Shown: one piece after another, positions 51,558 to 64,000 of the stretch
Layout: each line of letters starts with the position of its first letter
Numbering within the stretch: position 1 is the stretch's first letter
Assembly (NCBI RefSeq): GCF_001194135.2
Contig: NC_068984.1
Span: 120,261,025 to 120,325,024 of the forward strand
Direction of reading: 5' to 3'
DNA length: 64,000 nt
DNA from: Octopus bimaculoides
Taxonomy: Eukaryota
Made by a program: the position numbers and the translations under genes
The notes under the pieces: model-generated
Told to the model about the DNA's origin: nothing
The model's database searches: none
What the model saw: only the letters and a program-made list of their open reading frames with translations

Positions 51558-52264
51558 TGTCTGTGCATGCGTGTGTGCATGTGTGTGAAAGTTTATGATT
51601 GAATAGAGCAAAAACAACTACCTTTGTGTTTCTCACCACATGGTTTCAAGTTCAGTCTTACTGTGTGGCACCTTGGACAAGTGTCTTCTATACACTACTA
51701 TCTGAAAGAAGCTTGTGTATATATACATACACACACACACATATATATACACCATCATCATCATTGTCGTTTAACATCTGCTTTCCATGCTAGCATGGGT
51801 TGGATAGCTTGACTGAGAACTAGCGAGCCAGAAGGCTGCACCAGGCTCCAATCTGATCTGGCAGAGTTTCGAAGTCCCTGTTCATCTCCAAAACGTATTC
51901 TACACATTCCAGAGTATGGGTCTACAAACACACTATGTGTTGTATATGGCAAGAAGTAAAACAAATTCAAGTCAGAAAACCTCAGTGTTCCTTACAAGGA
52001 TTAACCAGTCAAAGCCAGTCTAATTGTTGCAATTAGCATCATAGATAGTTTTTTTTTAACCACTCTTTTCTTGTAGATATCCATATATGTATACACTCTT
52101 GTGTGCAAACACAAAAATAAGTATATGTGTATATATGCATATACATACACACATGAGCATACTAACATACATACATACATACATACATACATACATACAT
52201 ACATACATAATAGCTGCTTTCTCGTATACGTGCAAAACCATTGCTAGAAAGAGTCGAGTCATTG

Positions 52265-52745
52265 AAATGAGTCATTGATGGTGCAAATGTGAAGCCCTTG
52301 TATGACTCTTCAACCTGGCGAAAGATTTTCACATTCTATTGCATAATGCACAGCTGTGCTGTCTGGTAGAAGGAACAGGTACCACAGTATGAACTCTTTT
52401 GACATGCCTTTTCAATCCTCCAACTGAAAGGCACACCTTTCCATAGCTTGCACATGTTCTGTTGTGAACAATAGCCATTTCACAATTTACAATGGCTTGA
52501 TTCCTGTGGGTTCTCTGATGGCTGATCAGGCCTGCATGACTCAAACATTTCCTCCCACAAATCACACACATAAAAAGCAACACTCCCACACTTTCCACAA
52601 GTTCATTCTTTCTAAGCCTTCCCTTAATCTTCTCGTGCTTCAATCTCTCTCTTTCAAACTTTGAACAACCACTGTGCACTCTTTTCCTCCATCCATTTTA
52701 GTCTTGTGCTTCTGTCTTCCAATCAATAACTGAAACTCCTTGAAC
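52265..52745 (-). pseudogene. RTE-type LINE C-terminus with three C2H2 fingers
   Basis: DWKTEAQD*NGWRKRVHSGCSKFE, then CVICGRKCLSHAGLISHQRTH, CASYGKVCLSVGGLKRHVKRVH and CALCNRM*KSFARLKSHTRASH in one frame. Confidence 0.8.
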
Positions 52746-52988
52746 CTAATTTTGTATTTATGTACTGGTTTAGTTTACTACTTTCTAGTCAGTTATAATA
52801 AGGGTTTGGAATGGGGACTAAATGAATAAAACTGAGGAGGTGATTTGATCAAATCAACTCCTGTATTTGACTGCTATTTTATCTTTCTTTTTTTTACTTG
52901 CTTCAGTCATAAGACTCTGGCCATGCTAGATCACCACCTTGAAAAATTTTTAGTTAAATATATATGTGTGTGTGTATATATATGTATG

Positions 52989-53046
<58 letters not shown>

Positions 53047-53078
53047 TTATATATGTAGTATATCTATCTATCTATCTG

Positions 53079-53139
<61 letters not shown>

Positions 53140-53164
53140 ATATATACATGTGTGTATGTATATA

Positions 53165-53222
<58 letters not shown>

Positions 53223-53907
53223 CATGCATGTGTATTTGTAGGTGTATATGTATGCATATACTTATACACATATATGTATATTTATGGATGAGCATGCATT
53301 TGTAGGAAAAGTTACCCGTGAAAATCAAGTGCAGAGTGGATCAATTATTCAAATCTATTGTTAAATAATAAAAAAAAAACACAAAATCTAAGTTTAATAA
53401 TGTCAAAAATTTTAAATTCAAATTATTTAGGTTAGTGATAAATCATTACCACAAAGATAACAAGCTTCGCTTGTTGCTTACAGCAACATGGTAGCCATTT
53501 CGATGGCCAAGTGAACTGAGGCAAAACAGATAAAAATCTAATCTAGAAACAGGGTAAGATAAATTACCTGTAGCAGATTTCACTAGGACCACCCAAACCT
53601 AATTCAGTCAGCCATTTCGGCTTTATTTATCTAGTCCCCATTCCAAACCCTTAATATAACTCTAACACTGACTAGAAAGTTGTAAACTTAACCTCAACTT
53701 GATCAGTAAACCACAACAAATTAGATGATAAATGCAAGAATTTGACCTCGGCTGCGAGGCTGTATATGTAATTACCAGCAGAGCAAACATACAGGAAAAG
53801 CAGGTGTTAGAGGAGTGGTAACAAGAGCAGTAATGGAGGTGGAAAGGAGGAGAAAAGGGAGGAGGAGGGATGAAGAAAAAGAAACAGTAATAATGATAAT
53901 AATAATG

Positions 53908-53950
<43 letters not shown>

Positions 53951-53969
53951 TAATCATAATAATAATCCT

Positions 53970-54427
53970 ATAGTAATAGGCACATGATCTGAAATTTTGG
54001 GGGAAGGGACCCGTCGATTAGATTGACCCCAGTACGTAACTGGTACTTAATTTATCGACCCTAAAAGGATGAAAGGTAAAGTCGACCTTGGGGGAATTTG
54101 AACTCAGAATTTAAAGACAAAATACCGCTAAGTATTTTGCCTGGTGTGCTAATGATTCTGCCTGCTTGCTGCCTTAATAATAATAATAATGATAATAATA
54201 ATCCTTTCTACTATAGGCACAAGGCCTGGAAATTTGTTAGGAGAGGGTAAGTCGATCACATCAGCCCCAGTACTTGACTGGTACTTAATTTATTGACCTC
54301 GAAAGGATGAAAAGAAAAGTCGACCTCAGTGGAATTTGAACTCAGAACATTTCATCAAACAGATGAAATACCTCTAAACATTTCACCTGGTATGCTAACG
54401 ACTTTGCTAGCTCACCACCTTAATAAA

Positions 54428-54501
<74 letters not shown>

Positions 54502-54610
54502 TGATGATAATGATGATAGTTTCTAATTTAGGCTCAAGACCTGGAAATTTGGGGAGGAGGTGATTTGATTATATCAACTCCTATACTTGATTGCTCTTCA
54601 ACCTTTTTAT
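53970..54610 (-). mobile_element. Three head-to-tail SINE family B copies separated by (TAA)n
   Basis: Copies at about 53970-54175, 54200-54420 and a partial one at 54525-54610. Confidence 0.85.
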
Positions 54611-54614
54611 GTTT

Positions 54615-54963
54615 TTTTTTTACTTGTTTCAGTCATTAGATTGTGGTCATACTGGAGCACCATTTTGAAGAATTTTTAGTTGAATGAATCGACCCCACTC
54701 CAGTACTTATTTTACTTTTAAATCCTCTGCTTATTCTATCAGCCTCTTTTGCCAAACTGCTGAGTTATAGGGACATAAACAACATCAAGACTGGTTGTGA
54801 AGCAGTGGTGAGGGACAAACACAGACACAGGCACACACATGTACACACACACACACACACACATACATACATACATACCTACCTACCTACCTACATACAT
54901 ACATTCATACATACATACATACATACATACATACATACATACATACATACATTCATACATACA

Positions 54964-54994
<31 letters not shown>

Positions 54995-55160
54995 GCAATA
55001 GACTTCTTTCAGTTTCTGTCTGCTAAATCCATTCACAAGGCTTTGGTTGGCCTGAGTCTAGAGAAGAAGACACTTGCCCAAGGTGTCATACAGTGGGACT
55101 GAGCCTGGAACCATGTGGTTGGGAAGTAAACTTCTTACTTCTCAGTTATGCCTGTGCTTG
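54615..55160 (-). mobile_element. SINE family A with expanded (CATA)n
   Basis: Full consensus recognisable around the microsatellite. Confidence 0.85.
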
Positions 55161-55246
55161 TATATACATAAGGACTGGGGTCAATTTTTTTGACTAAAAC
55201 TCTTCAAAGTGGTGCCCCAGCATGGTTGAAACAAGTAATACACATT

Positions 55247-55304
<58 letters not shown>

Positions 55305-55551
55305 CATACATACATACATACATACATACATACATACATACATACATACATACACATACATATATGGTTATAGAAACAAGAAAGTTTAAAAGTTTTCTTC
55401 AAGTTTACAGGCAAATAAGGCTGGGCCTTGTCTGAATTTTCAAGGCATTTAGGTAAATGAGCAGACAAGGATTGTCACCATCCCTAAACAGGTTCCTAGT
55501 CTGGCACAGCAGAAGTCAATAGCTGATCACTGAAAGATTGTGTACCTTCAG

Positions 55552-55625
55552 ATTTTGACATGGAAATCTGTGGATCACCAATACTTTAAAGACATGGCAC
55601 CTGAAGAGACAGAGATAAATGGAAG
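55552..55625 (+). CDS. Candidate exon ILTWKSVDHQYFKDMAPEETEING
   Basis: Acceptor tgtaccttcag and donor AAG|gtgaat; a single open frame. No partner exon established. Confidence 0.2.
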
Positions 55626-56871
55626 GTGAATTTGTAAAAGCAGGCTATAAATTATGGTAAGACTGGTACTAATTTTCAGTTGAGAAGACTGGATTAATGT
55701 GACATGAAGTGCCTAACTCAAGGACACAGCAAGCCATCTGCCTGAGAATTGACTTTATGACCTAACGATTGCAAGCTCACTAACCCATCCATACACCTTC
55801 ACTTTCCCAGTAATGAGATAGTTTATGTATTTTAACTTGGCATGGTTAGTTCCAGTAACTGAATACTTATTTGTCTAAAATTCATCCTAACAAGCTGTAT
55901 GTTCCATTGATTTCACTTAATATCAAGCCTGCCAGCAAAACTTTGATTGAATAAATTTTTCACAGTTTAGCTACTTCTAGTTGGCAACTTCTGATCAACA
56001 GCTGTGCAACATGCGTTTGTTTCATGATGTGTATCCATATCGATTTTTCTTGATATAGGCATTAATTTTATAGGGGGTGTATGCTTATTGACAATTTAAT
56101 TGATCCCAGTACTCTTCTCCTTATTTTTTTATATTGATATCAGTCATTGGATTGTGGCCATGTTAGAGCAACACTTCCAAAAGTAGATAGTGGGTTGGTC
56201 ATATTGATCTCCATACTTACTTCATTCTGGGACTTATTTTATCAGTATCACTATTTGTTCAATGACTAAAGTACAAAGCCTAAAGGAACACAACACAAAC
56301 AACAGTGGTTTTTAGACTGGTGTAAATATAAACAAAGATTCAGACAGAACCACACATACACACCCACACATCTTTATAAGGAAAATAATGTTGACAGTGT
56401 TATCAAAGTTTTATCATTGACTGAATTTGTCAGACAGCATATCGTCGTTGTCGTTGTCGTCATTAACAAAACTTGGGATGTTTCTGAAAGATGGCCAAAT
56501 GTTGGACTAATAGATGAAGCAAGATTGGTGGTTCATATCCTATCACAGGCACAGCACAGTATCAATGACCAAAGCCAAAGTAATTTACTTTCAGCCAACT
56601 CAGTCTATCCATGCATAAACGGGTACCATAAGGTAGATATAGCTGACCTTTCTCTAAGCAGTGGATATACTTGTATGATTACTGAGTATTTCATATGTTT
56701 GCAGGGTTGAGAGCATGGAGAAGGCAATGAGGAGCAGCTGTAGATTTTGTCTAAAACCAGAATCCCCTATAATTGCACGTAGCCTTTTCTTCTGGTCCTA
56801 ATTACAGGCTGTGTATAATAATTAGAGTGCAATGGCTTACTATCTCACATTCAACTCATTCATCTCACCCC

Positions 56872-56967
<96 letters not shown>

Positions 56968-56972
56968 GTCTG

Positions 56973-57005
<33 letters not shown>

Positions 57006-57600
57006 AAAGTAAAAAGAATAATTGTTATCAACTCTCATGAAACAACAAATTTATAACATTTTTACTACATTTCCTCAAATGAAAATTCGCTTTTGTTGAA
57101 ATGCATTAGTCATAGCCCTTTGAAGAACTGGTATCTGAAGAGAATTACATTTTAGTTATAAAAAAGAATTATATGTTAGTTATAAAAGGGGATATCAAAA
57201 CTCAGTACAAACTGACTGATTCATTTTCATTAAAAGTTAATATTTTGTGGTTATAAATATAAAATTAAGACAAAGAAAGCAAAAAAGAGGATAAAGTTGA
57301 CTTGAAGTAGCACTAAAAGGTGAAGCTTTAGACAAGCCAAAGTGAATGGAAGCAGAGATGGTGACTCGTTCCACAACTTTGGTCGGCTGGTAGTGGAATA
57401 TTTAAAAACCTGGTCCACATGTAAATAATAGTGGCATGACTGTGTTGTTGAGAAGCTTACTTCCCAATTGCATACATTTGGGTTCAGTCTCACTGCATGG
57501 TATCTTGAACAAATTCCACTTCCAGATATCACTACATGATATCTGGAGCAAAGTTCCAGGTCAACAAGTTGAATTGGTTCATAGAAACTGAAAGAAAATT

Positions 57601-57642
<42 letters not shown>

Positions 57643-58109
57643 TGTGTGTGCTTGTTTGAAACTGTGGTCAGTTGTATAGTGCAGTGGGCAATGTTATCAG
57701 TTTTTCCTGTAAACAAATCATCCTATCACTTCATGTCTTCCAAGCCACATAGAATAAGAGTTCCTATACTTGAGAAACAGGTAAGGATTTAGCTTCAGGA
57801 AAGGTAAGGCATCCAGCTGTAAAACAATGCCTCAGATAACATATCCAACTCATACAAACATGGAAAATCTTCATCATCATCCTCATCCTCATCATCATTG
57901 ATTTTCTATTTCTGGATGCCCTTCCCTTCATCTTTTTCCAAGTAAGGTCATATTTCCTCATAGCTAGATATGTTATTGCAGAATATTGGAAAGGAATGAC
58001 ACTGTTTGTATATCAGTAAAATTTGTTTACAACTATCATGAGCTGTTAAGACAAGGAGGCACTAATGCATGCAAAGACAAGGAGACACTAATGCTTACAT
58101 ACATACATA

Positions 58110-58154
<45 letters not shown>

Positions 58155-58738
58155 NNNNNNNNNNNNNNNNNNNNNNNNNNNNNNNNNNNNNNNNNCCCCC
58201 CCCTACATATTTTTACTATTTCTGTGTGCCAAATCCACTCACAAGGCTTTACTTGACCCTGGGCTGTAACAGAAGATACTGGTACCAGTTGCTATGCTGT
58301 GGCACTGAACCCAAAACCATGTAATTGGGAGGTAAACTTCTTAACCACACTTTTCACACCTGTGCCTGGATGTAAAACAAACAAACAAACAAATACACTG
58401 GATTAATTTTCTAATTGCTGTTGGAAGGCAACTGCTGTAGAATAAGATGAACTTCACAAAGTAAGCTAGCAAAATGCTCATCAATTTTGAAATGAAACCA
58501 CTATTTACAGTGGTAATCTATACCACGCTATGGTGTATAATTAAAATGAACTCAGTTATTGAGAATTTGGAATCTTGATCACAAGCACAGTACAATGATG
58601 AAGACAGGGTGTGAATTATGAAAATTAGGAACTTTTGTATAGTACCTTATCAATTTGATCGAACGAGCATCTGAGTGGGAAGGGGCATTTGATGTGCAAG
58701 AAAAAGCAGTCAAATACTGCTCAAGTTACAATCTAGAT

Positions 58739-58884
58739 CAGTCATGGGTAAACTGTGATCTGTGGGATTTTCTGAAGAGCGTGCCTAACAAAAATTACCT
58801 TGAATTGTTTTTGTAATATGAGCTGCTGATGATAAACCATGTCTCTTGTGATCCACTTCTTGAAAAAAAGGTTATCCATGCCTG
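58739..58884. mobile_element. Small hAT MITE
   Basis: Ends cagtcatgggtaaac / gttatccatgcctg; TSD atctagat / ctctaggt (NTCTAGAN-type). Confidence 0.65.
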
Positions 58885-59989
58885 CTCTAGGTGCACTATG
58901 TTTGAAAAAATGGCAGCATGGTCATTATTGAAATACCTTTCATCATAGACTCAGTTACAACTTCAAGAACAGCAACAACAACAATAACTGATATGTATTT
59001 CATTATGAGATGATAAACAAAATCAGTTCTCTTTCTTATATCAAATCAGCATATAGCTAGCCTATGACAACAAGTCCTTTGTATATTTGCTAAAGTCACT
59101 AACAACCCTGCATGGTACTTTTTTTTAAACTCTGGTTCAAACATTATGCTTTGAAGTTAAAGAAGGATTGAAAGTCATGTCTGGCAATAGATACTGCAGT
59201 TATATGTAACGTGAGAAACTATTCCAACAAAAAATAAATAAATAAAACCAAAAATAAAACTATACACTTTGCATGGCATTTATTGCTCCACAAGTTATCT
59301 AACAAAAATTTAAAATAATTAGATATATACATATTATGTTTAACCTTTTCAAAACCTCAACTTTGGGTAATAAATTTTCATATGGTAAGAGAGAGATAAA
59401 GCATGAAATATAATTAAATTCTTAAAAAAGGGAAAAATATTTAGAGTTGATATTTCCAAGTAATGTTTCAATAGATAAAATGTTAGGTGCCATTAGCTGC
59501 TCTTGAAGGTGTTAAGGCCATGTTGTTTTGATATCAACTGGGTATCATTAAATCGATACAGATGTTCCTATTAATATTTCCACCACTCTCTTTTCTCCTC
59601 CCTCCCTTTCTCCTGCATCTTCATGCCTTAATCTGTATGTTTTTTTTTTAAAAAAGCATGTTTTAACTTAACTATCTTTTAACTAATAAAAATTCCATAT
59701 AATTCTATAACAAAGAATTTACTGGAGTCATAAATAACAAAAAGGTCAGGAATTTGGGACCAGTTTTAATATTTTATGTTTGTATTAAAATAGACTTTCA
59801 TTCTTCTGGGAGAAAAATATATCAGTTATATGGCTACTTTCAGCTTAATACCTTCTTCCAGCAAATAAATATACTTGAGTAAGTTAATGGAATATTTGTT
59901 TATTATACAAGGTCCTATCAATCTAAAGTGGATGACATTGAAAACTTGCTTCCTCATTGTGTCTTTATAAAACTGTGTGAACAGAGTCA

Positions 59990-60600
59990 GTGAGAAATTA
60001 AATACTTTGGCTCATACTCTGGACATCTTAATATTTTGGCCATCTACATCTCTCAGTCATTCATATTTGACAGTTGTATCAATGTGTTGAATTACCAACC
60101 ACTATCTTCTGTCATAAGACCAGAAGATATTGGTCTTTATGTCAGTGTATCAAAGACTAAATTCATTATACTTCAATGAGGAGGTCTTCTTATTGTAGCA
60201 AATGAAACAAAGTCTTCAAAAATTTAGAGACTTCTTTATATGCTTGTTTAGGAAATAACATTGCATCTACAGAAATGAATGTACAAATTTCTACCACAAA
60301 ATCATGGGTTAATCTTGATGGTTTCAATTTCATTTGAAAGTTAGCATCACCAGAGGATGATCTTAAATGAAGCATCTGATCAAACAAAGACTGTTTGGTA
60401 GCCTTCTTGCCGAATGTCATTAGATATACATATTGTAAGACAACTGCTGAGGACTTCTGCAAGAACTCATTGGTAATACACTGCTATGAACACCTAACAA
60501 TTGATATGCATGGATTGGCTATCCAGTAAAACCACCATTGATATAGAATAATGCTTTGATGACCTCCTGAACATTATGCTGGATCACAGGAACAGTTAGC
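59990..60600 (+). pseudogene. Very decayed non-LTR RT, possibly Ingi/Vingi-like
   Basis: Ordered weak motifs IRPEDIGL (YADD-like), WVNLDG, LRTSARTH (LRTSALAL-like), KPPLI*NNAL. Confidence 0.35.
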
Positions 60601-60639
60601 AGTAAGAGAAGATATAAAATATACTTCTTTCAAATACTC

Positions 60640-60900
60640 AGAAGGATTTCTAGAAACAGTTGACAGTTTCTGTGACTTATGTAAGCTAATTAGTAGTGAA
60701 GGTGGATGTTCTGAAACTATAGTTGCCAGAGTAAGAATGAGATGGAAAAGTTCAGGGTGCTATTATCGTTACCAGCAACAAATATTTTCTCTTACAGAGT
60801 GAAGGGCAGATTGTATGTTGTTTATGATGGGCATGCAGCTGAAGAAATCATGCCAAAAATGGAACACAGAAGTGTGAGGTAGTCCTTGACCTCTGCAGGA
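60640..60900 (+). pseudogene. RTE LINE fragment
   Basis: LETVDSFCDLCKLISSEGGCSETIVARVRMRWKSS...FSYRVKGRLY. Confidence 0.8.
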
Positions 60901-62269
60901 ATAACTGACTCAAACCATAACAACCCAACCAGCCCGTACCAGCATTCAAAAGCAGATGGAAGTGATGATGTCATCATTGTCATCGTTGTCATTGTCATCA
61001 TCACCATCATCATGGGTTAATCTTGAGGTATAGAGACTAAATAGCTGAGTGGAGATACTTTATGTGCCTTTAAAATTGCTGATATGGGATGAAGTTCATC
61101 ACAACTTTAGCTTATAAGGCATCACACAATCAAGAGACATCTCACCAGAGAATAAGAATGCCATCCAAGTTCAATGTCCTACTCCAAACTTAACAAAGCA
61201 AAATAACAAGAAGTTCTTACAAATATTAAGATCTATAGGACATCGCTATATATAGGGGCTTAGCTAAGATTTCACTAAAATGATATGTATAAATGTGTGT
61301 GCGTGTGCGTGTGTATCCAACTTTCAACAGACAGCTAACCTATCATTTGCAAAACTTCCGGAAATTTCAGAGGAGTCTGTTCATGAGGTGTGTAGAATAA
61401 AGGTTTTTTTTATTTAAATGTAAAAGTAAATATCTGCTGTCCAGAAGGAACATTAACTATGAGTGATAAGCAGATATGATACTAGATAAGAAGAATCATA
61501 ACATACTAACGGCATTGGTATTGATATTTTTAAACCTTAATGGGCATTATAGATGGACATTATTCATCATCATGACTAGATAGACATGTATGTATGTATG
61601 TATGTATGTATGTATGTATGTATGTGTGTCTGTGTGTGTATGTATACATATATGTATGTATGAATGTATGTGTCTGTGTAAGTATGTATTTCTGTATTTA
61701 TATATGTGTATGTGTGTATATTTGCATGTATGTACGAATGTAAGTGTGTGTATATGTATACGTGTGTATAAATGTATAGGTGTGTATAAATGTATAGGTG
61801 TATACATATATGTGTGTGTATATGTGCATACATGTGTATGAATATATAGGTGTATGTGAATATGTATGTGTGTATATACATGTGTGTATTATATGTGGAC
61901 ATGTGCATGTTTAAGGGAATGTATGAACGCATAAAAACAATTTTGTATATAAGTATATCCTTTTCCGCATATAAGTATTTGTATATGTCTTTAAGTATTT
62001 TCATGTGTGTATATAGTAGATACATAAATTATGAGGAGAAATAAATAGTTTACTCTCTGGCATACACACATATATACACTCACTCACACACACACGCCCA
62101 CAAACTCATATACATGTAATATATAGATATATATATATATATATGTATGCCTGTATGTATGTATACATACATATATATACATGTGTGTGCATGTGTCTGT
62201 ATGTTTGTGTATCTGTCTAACTATCCCTCTATTAATATATTTATATGTACATCTGTCTGTCTCTATACA

Positions 62270-62346
<77 letters not shown>

Positions 62347-62715
62347 ACACACACATGCTGTGGTGGGAAAACTGATAAAAATTGTATGATGTTAGTAACT
62401 CTGATATCATTTTTATTTTCATATATCTTTTGTTCTGATCAGTTTTTGGCAACATGGTTCAGTTATAGCCTTCTTCACAATTCCTCTAGCTTTGTAAAGA
62501 TAGCACATTCTTTTCACAGTGTTTCACTCCAAAATAATTCTATACTATAATTAGATGCAATGTCTATAATAGTTCAACTTAAAATTTTTTATATATGTTA
62601 TTTATATATTATTAATCATAGCCTGTTGTTTCTATAATTTATGGACACATAAAGACATGAATTTCACAGTTTTTTTACCAACTGTCACCAAGTTACAATA
62701 ACTATATTTATGAAT

Positions 62716-63010
62716 AAGTGAGAGTGCATGGCTTAGTGGTTAGGGTGTTGTACTAACGATTCTGAGATCAGGGTTTCAATCTCTGCACCGAGTGGTAAGT
62801 TGTATTATTGAGAGCAAAACACTTCATCTCACATTGCTTTGCAATCATTTTGACATTTGACACATGTTACACTGTGCACCTATTTAGTGCACCTATTTGA
62901 TTTGATGGAATGAGTGAGTAAGCTAATGTACAACAGGTACATTTGATCACTATAGACAAATCATTTGTGTATGTCGTTCAGCAAAACCAAACGCTCATAT
63001 ACCATTTTTG
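62716..63010 (+). mobile_element. tRNA-headed SINE (family D variant)
   Basis: gcatggcttagtggttagggtgttg...gggtttcaatc...gagcaaaacacttcatctcacattgc. Confidence 0.65.
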
Positions 63011-63655
63011 CTGGGGATTCCATTATTTATGAATGAAACAGTTTTTCTCACTCTGTTATTCTTAAGCATAAATGACTCCCAGTCTGAGATTATGTACATT
63101 CACCATTCATGCTAGAAAATTGCACCTTAATTTCCCTCACTTCACACATATTGGACATATCAGATAATGTAATTCTAGATAAACAATGTATGAAAAGCCT
63201 TTCTCATAGAGCTGACCTGCATTTAGACATCTACACATACATACCCCACCTCCTACGCACACACACACACATGCTCAGTACTAAAACCTTCAAACCTGTG
63301 ACATATGAAACATCACAATTTTTGGTGAGCTTTCACAAGGATGTTGCATGTATAACGTTGCTGAAACTCACCCCAGGATATAGGTCTCCTATTCAGGGAC
63401 AGGAAATACTTCAACTATGATCAGTTCATGGCTGTTTACAAAGCTCAGGTGTGATTTACATTCCAGTACTTCTCATATATCTGGGGTGGCAGGGATGCTA
63501 CTACTGTTACACATATAAATGTTTCTAACTAGGGCCCTGAAAATACATAAAATATCTGAATACTGATCACTTAACCCCTTAGCATTCAGACTACTCTGTC
63601 AAATGTATTGCTTATTAATATGCATTGTTTTGAATTAATCACACATTATCTTGTA

Positions 63656-63856
63656 CAATGGGGTGCTGAAAAGTTCCTGGCTTTGGGTAAAAGAAAATAC
63701 AGGAGGATCAGTTAATTATGATTTCATCCAAAATATTTCCCTCTCAGATTCACATACTTCAGTTTTTCTAAGCCCTGTAAAAAGAATTTGGAAGGCAGGG
63801 CCCCTAACCAGGTCTTTCATGCCACCCTTAAAGCCAGGAACTTTTCAGCACCCTCT

Positions 63857-63858
<2 letters not shown>
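63656..63858. mobile_element. Intact approximately 200-bp mariner-type MITE
   Basis: TIRs ggggtgctgaaaagttcctggcttt / aaagccaggaacttttcagcaccc; a partial copy lies at about 43650-43755. Confidence 0.9.
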
Positions 63859-63892
<34 letters not shown>

Positions 63893-63896
<4 letters not shown>

Positions 63897-64000
63897 GAGT
63901 ACAGCAATGAATTCCGGGTAGAGGTAGGGGTCCACCAAGGTTCCGTCCTCAGCCCCCTCTTATTTATCATAGTCCTCCAGGCAATCACAGAGGAGTTCAA
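63893..64000 (+). pseudogene. RTE LINE RT fragment, running off the window
   Basis: EYSNEFRVEVGVHQGSVLSPLLFIIVLQAITEEF, with no lesions over this stretch. Confidence 0.9.

Noticed and set aside
56417-56710. 97-aa plus-strand ORF
   Set aside because: Begins in a (GTC)n tract, has no recognisable domain, and its internal splice signals do not phase with neighbouring candidates.
60190-60462. 90-aa protein-like minus-strand ORF
   Set aside because: More likely the antisense of a decayed LINE RT on the plus strand; no splice sites or homology support it.

Overview
Eukaryotic, AT-rich, microsatellite-saturated scaffold segment with about a dozen N gaps. The repeat families look like those of coleoid cephalopods, most likely Octopus; this is inferred from recalled SINE consensus sequences, not from a search. 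There are no intact long ORFs, and nearly all ORFs in the supplied track are microsatellite, N-gap or antisense-to-transposon artefacts. The window is mostly transposon debris: (i) several tRNA-derived or RTE-tailed short retroposon families, (ii) decayed LINEs (RTE, R4/Dong-like, L1/Tx1-like, possibly Ingi-like), (iii) decayed mariner and DD37D-type transposases, (iv) hAT, pogo, piggyBac and mariner MITEs, and (v) one probable solo LTR. The only clear host signal is a CpG-rich promoter-like island at about 35.15-35.46 kb. It has two phase-compatible minus-strand candidate exons, and I cannot identify the protein. I see no intact novel gene system. The best leads are RNA-level: a 26-nt H-type-pseudoknot-shaped module tandemly amplified in one retroposon family, a tRNA-headed element carrying a minimal hammerhead motif, and two RTE remnants ending in three C2H2 fingers. 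A five-level nested insertion is also present. All coordinates were read by hand, and element ends without a stated TSD are approximate.
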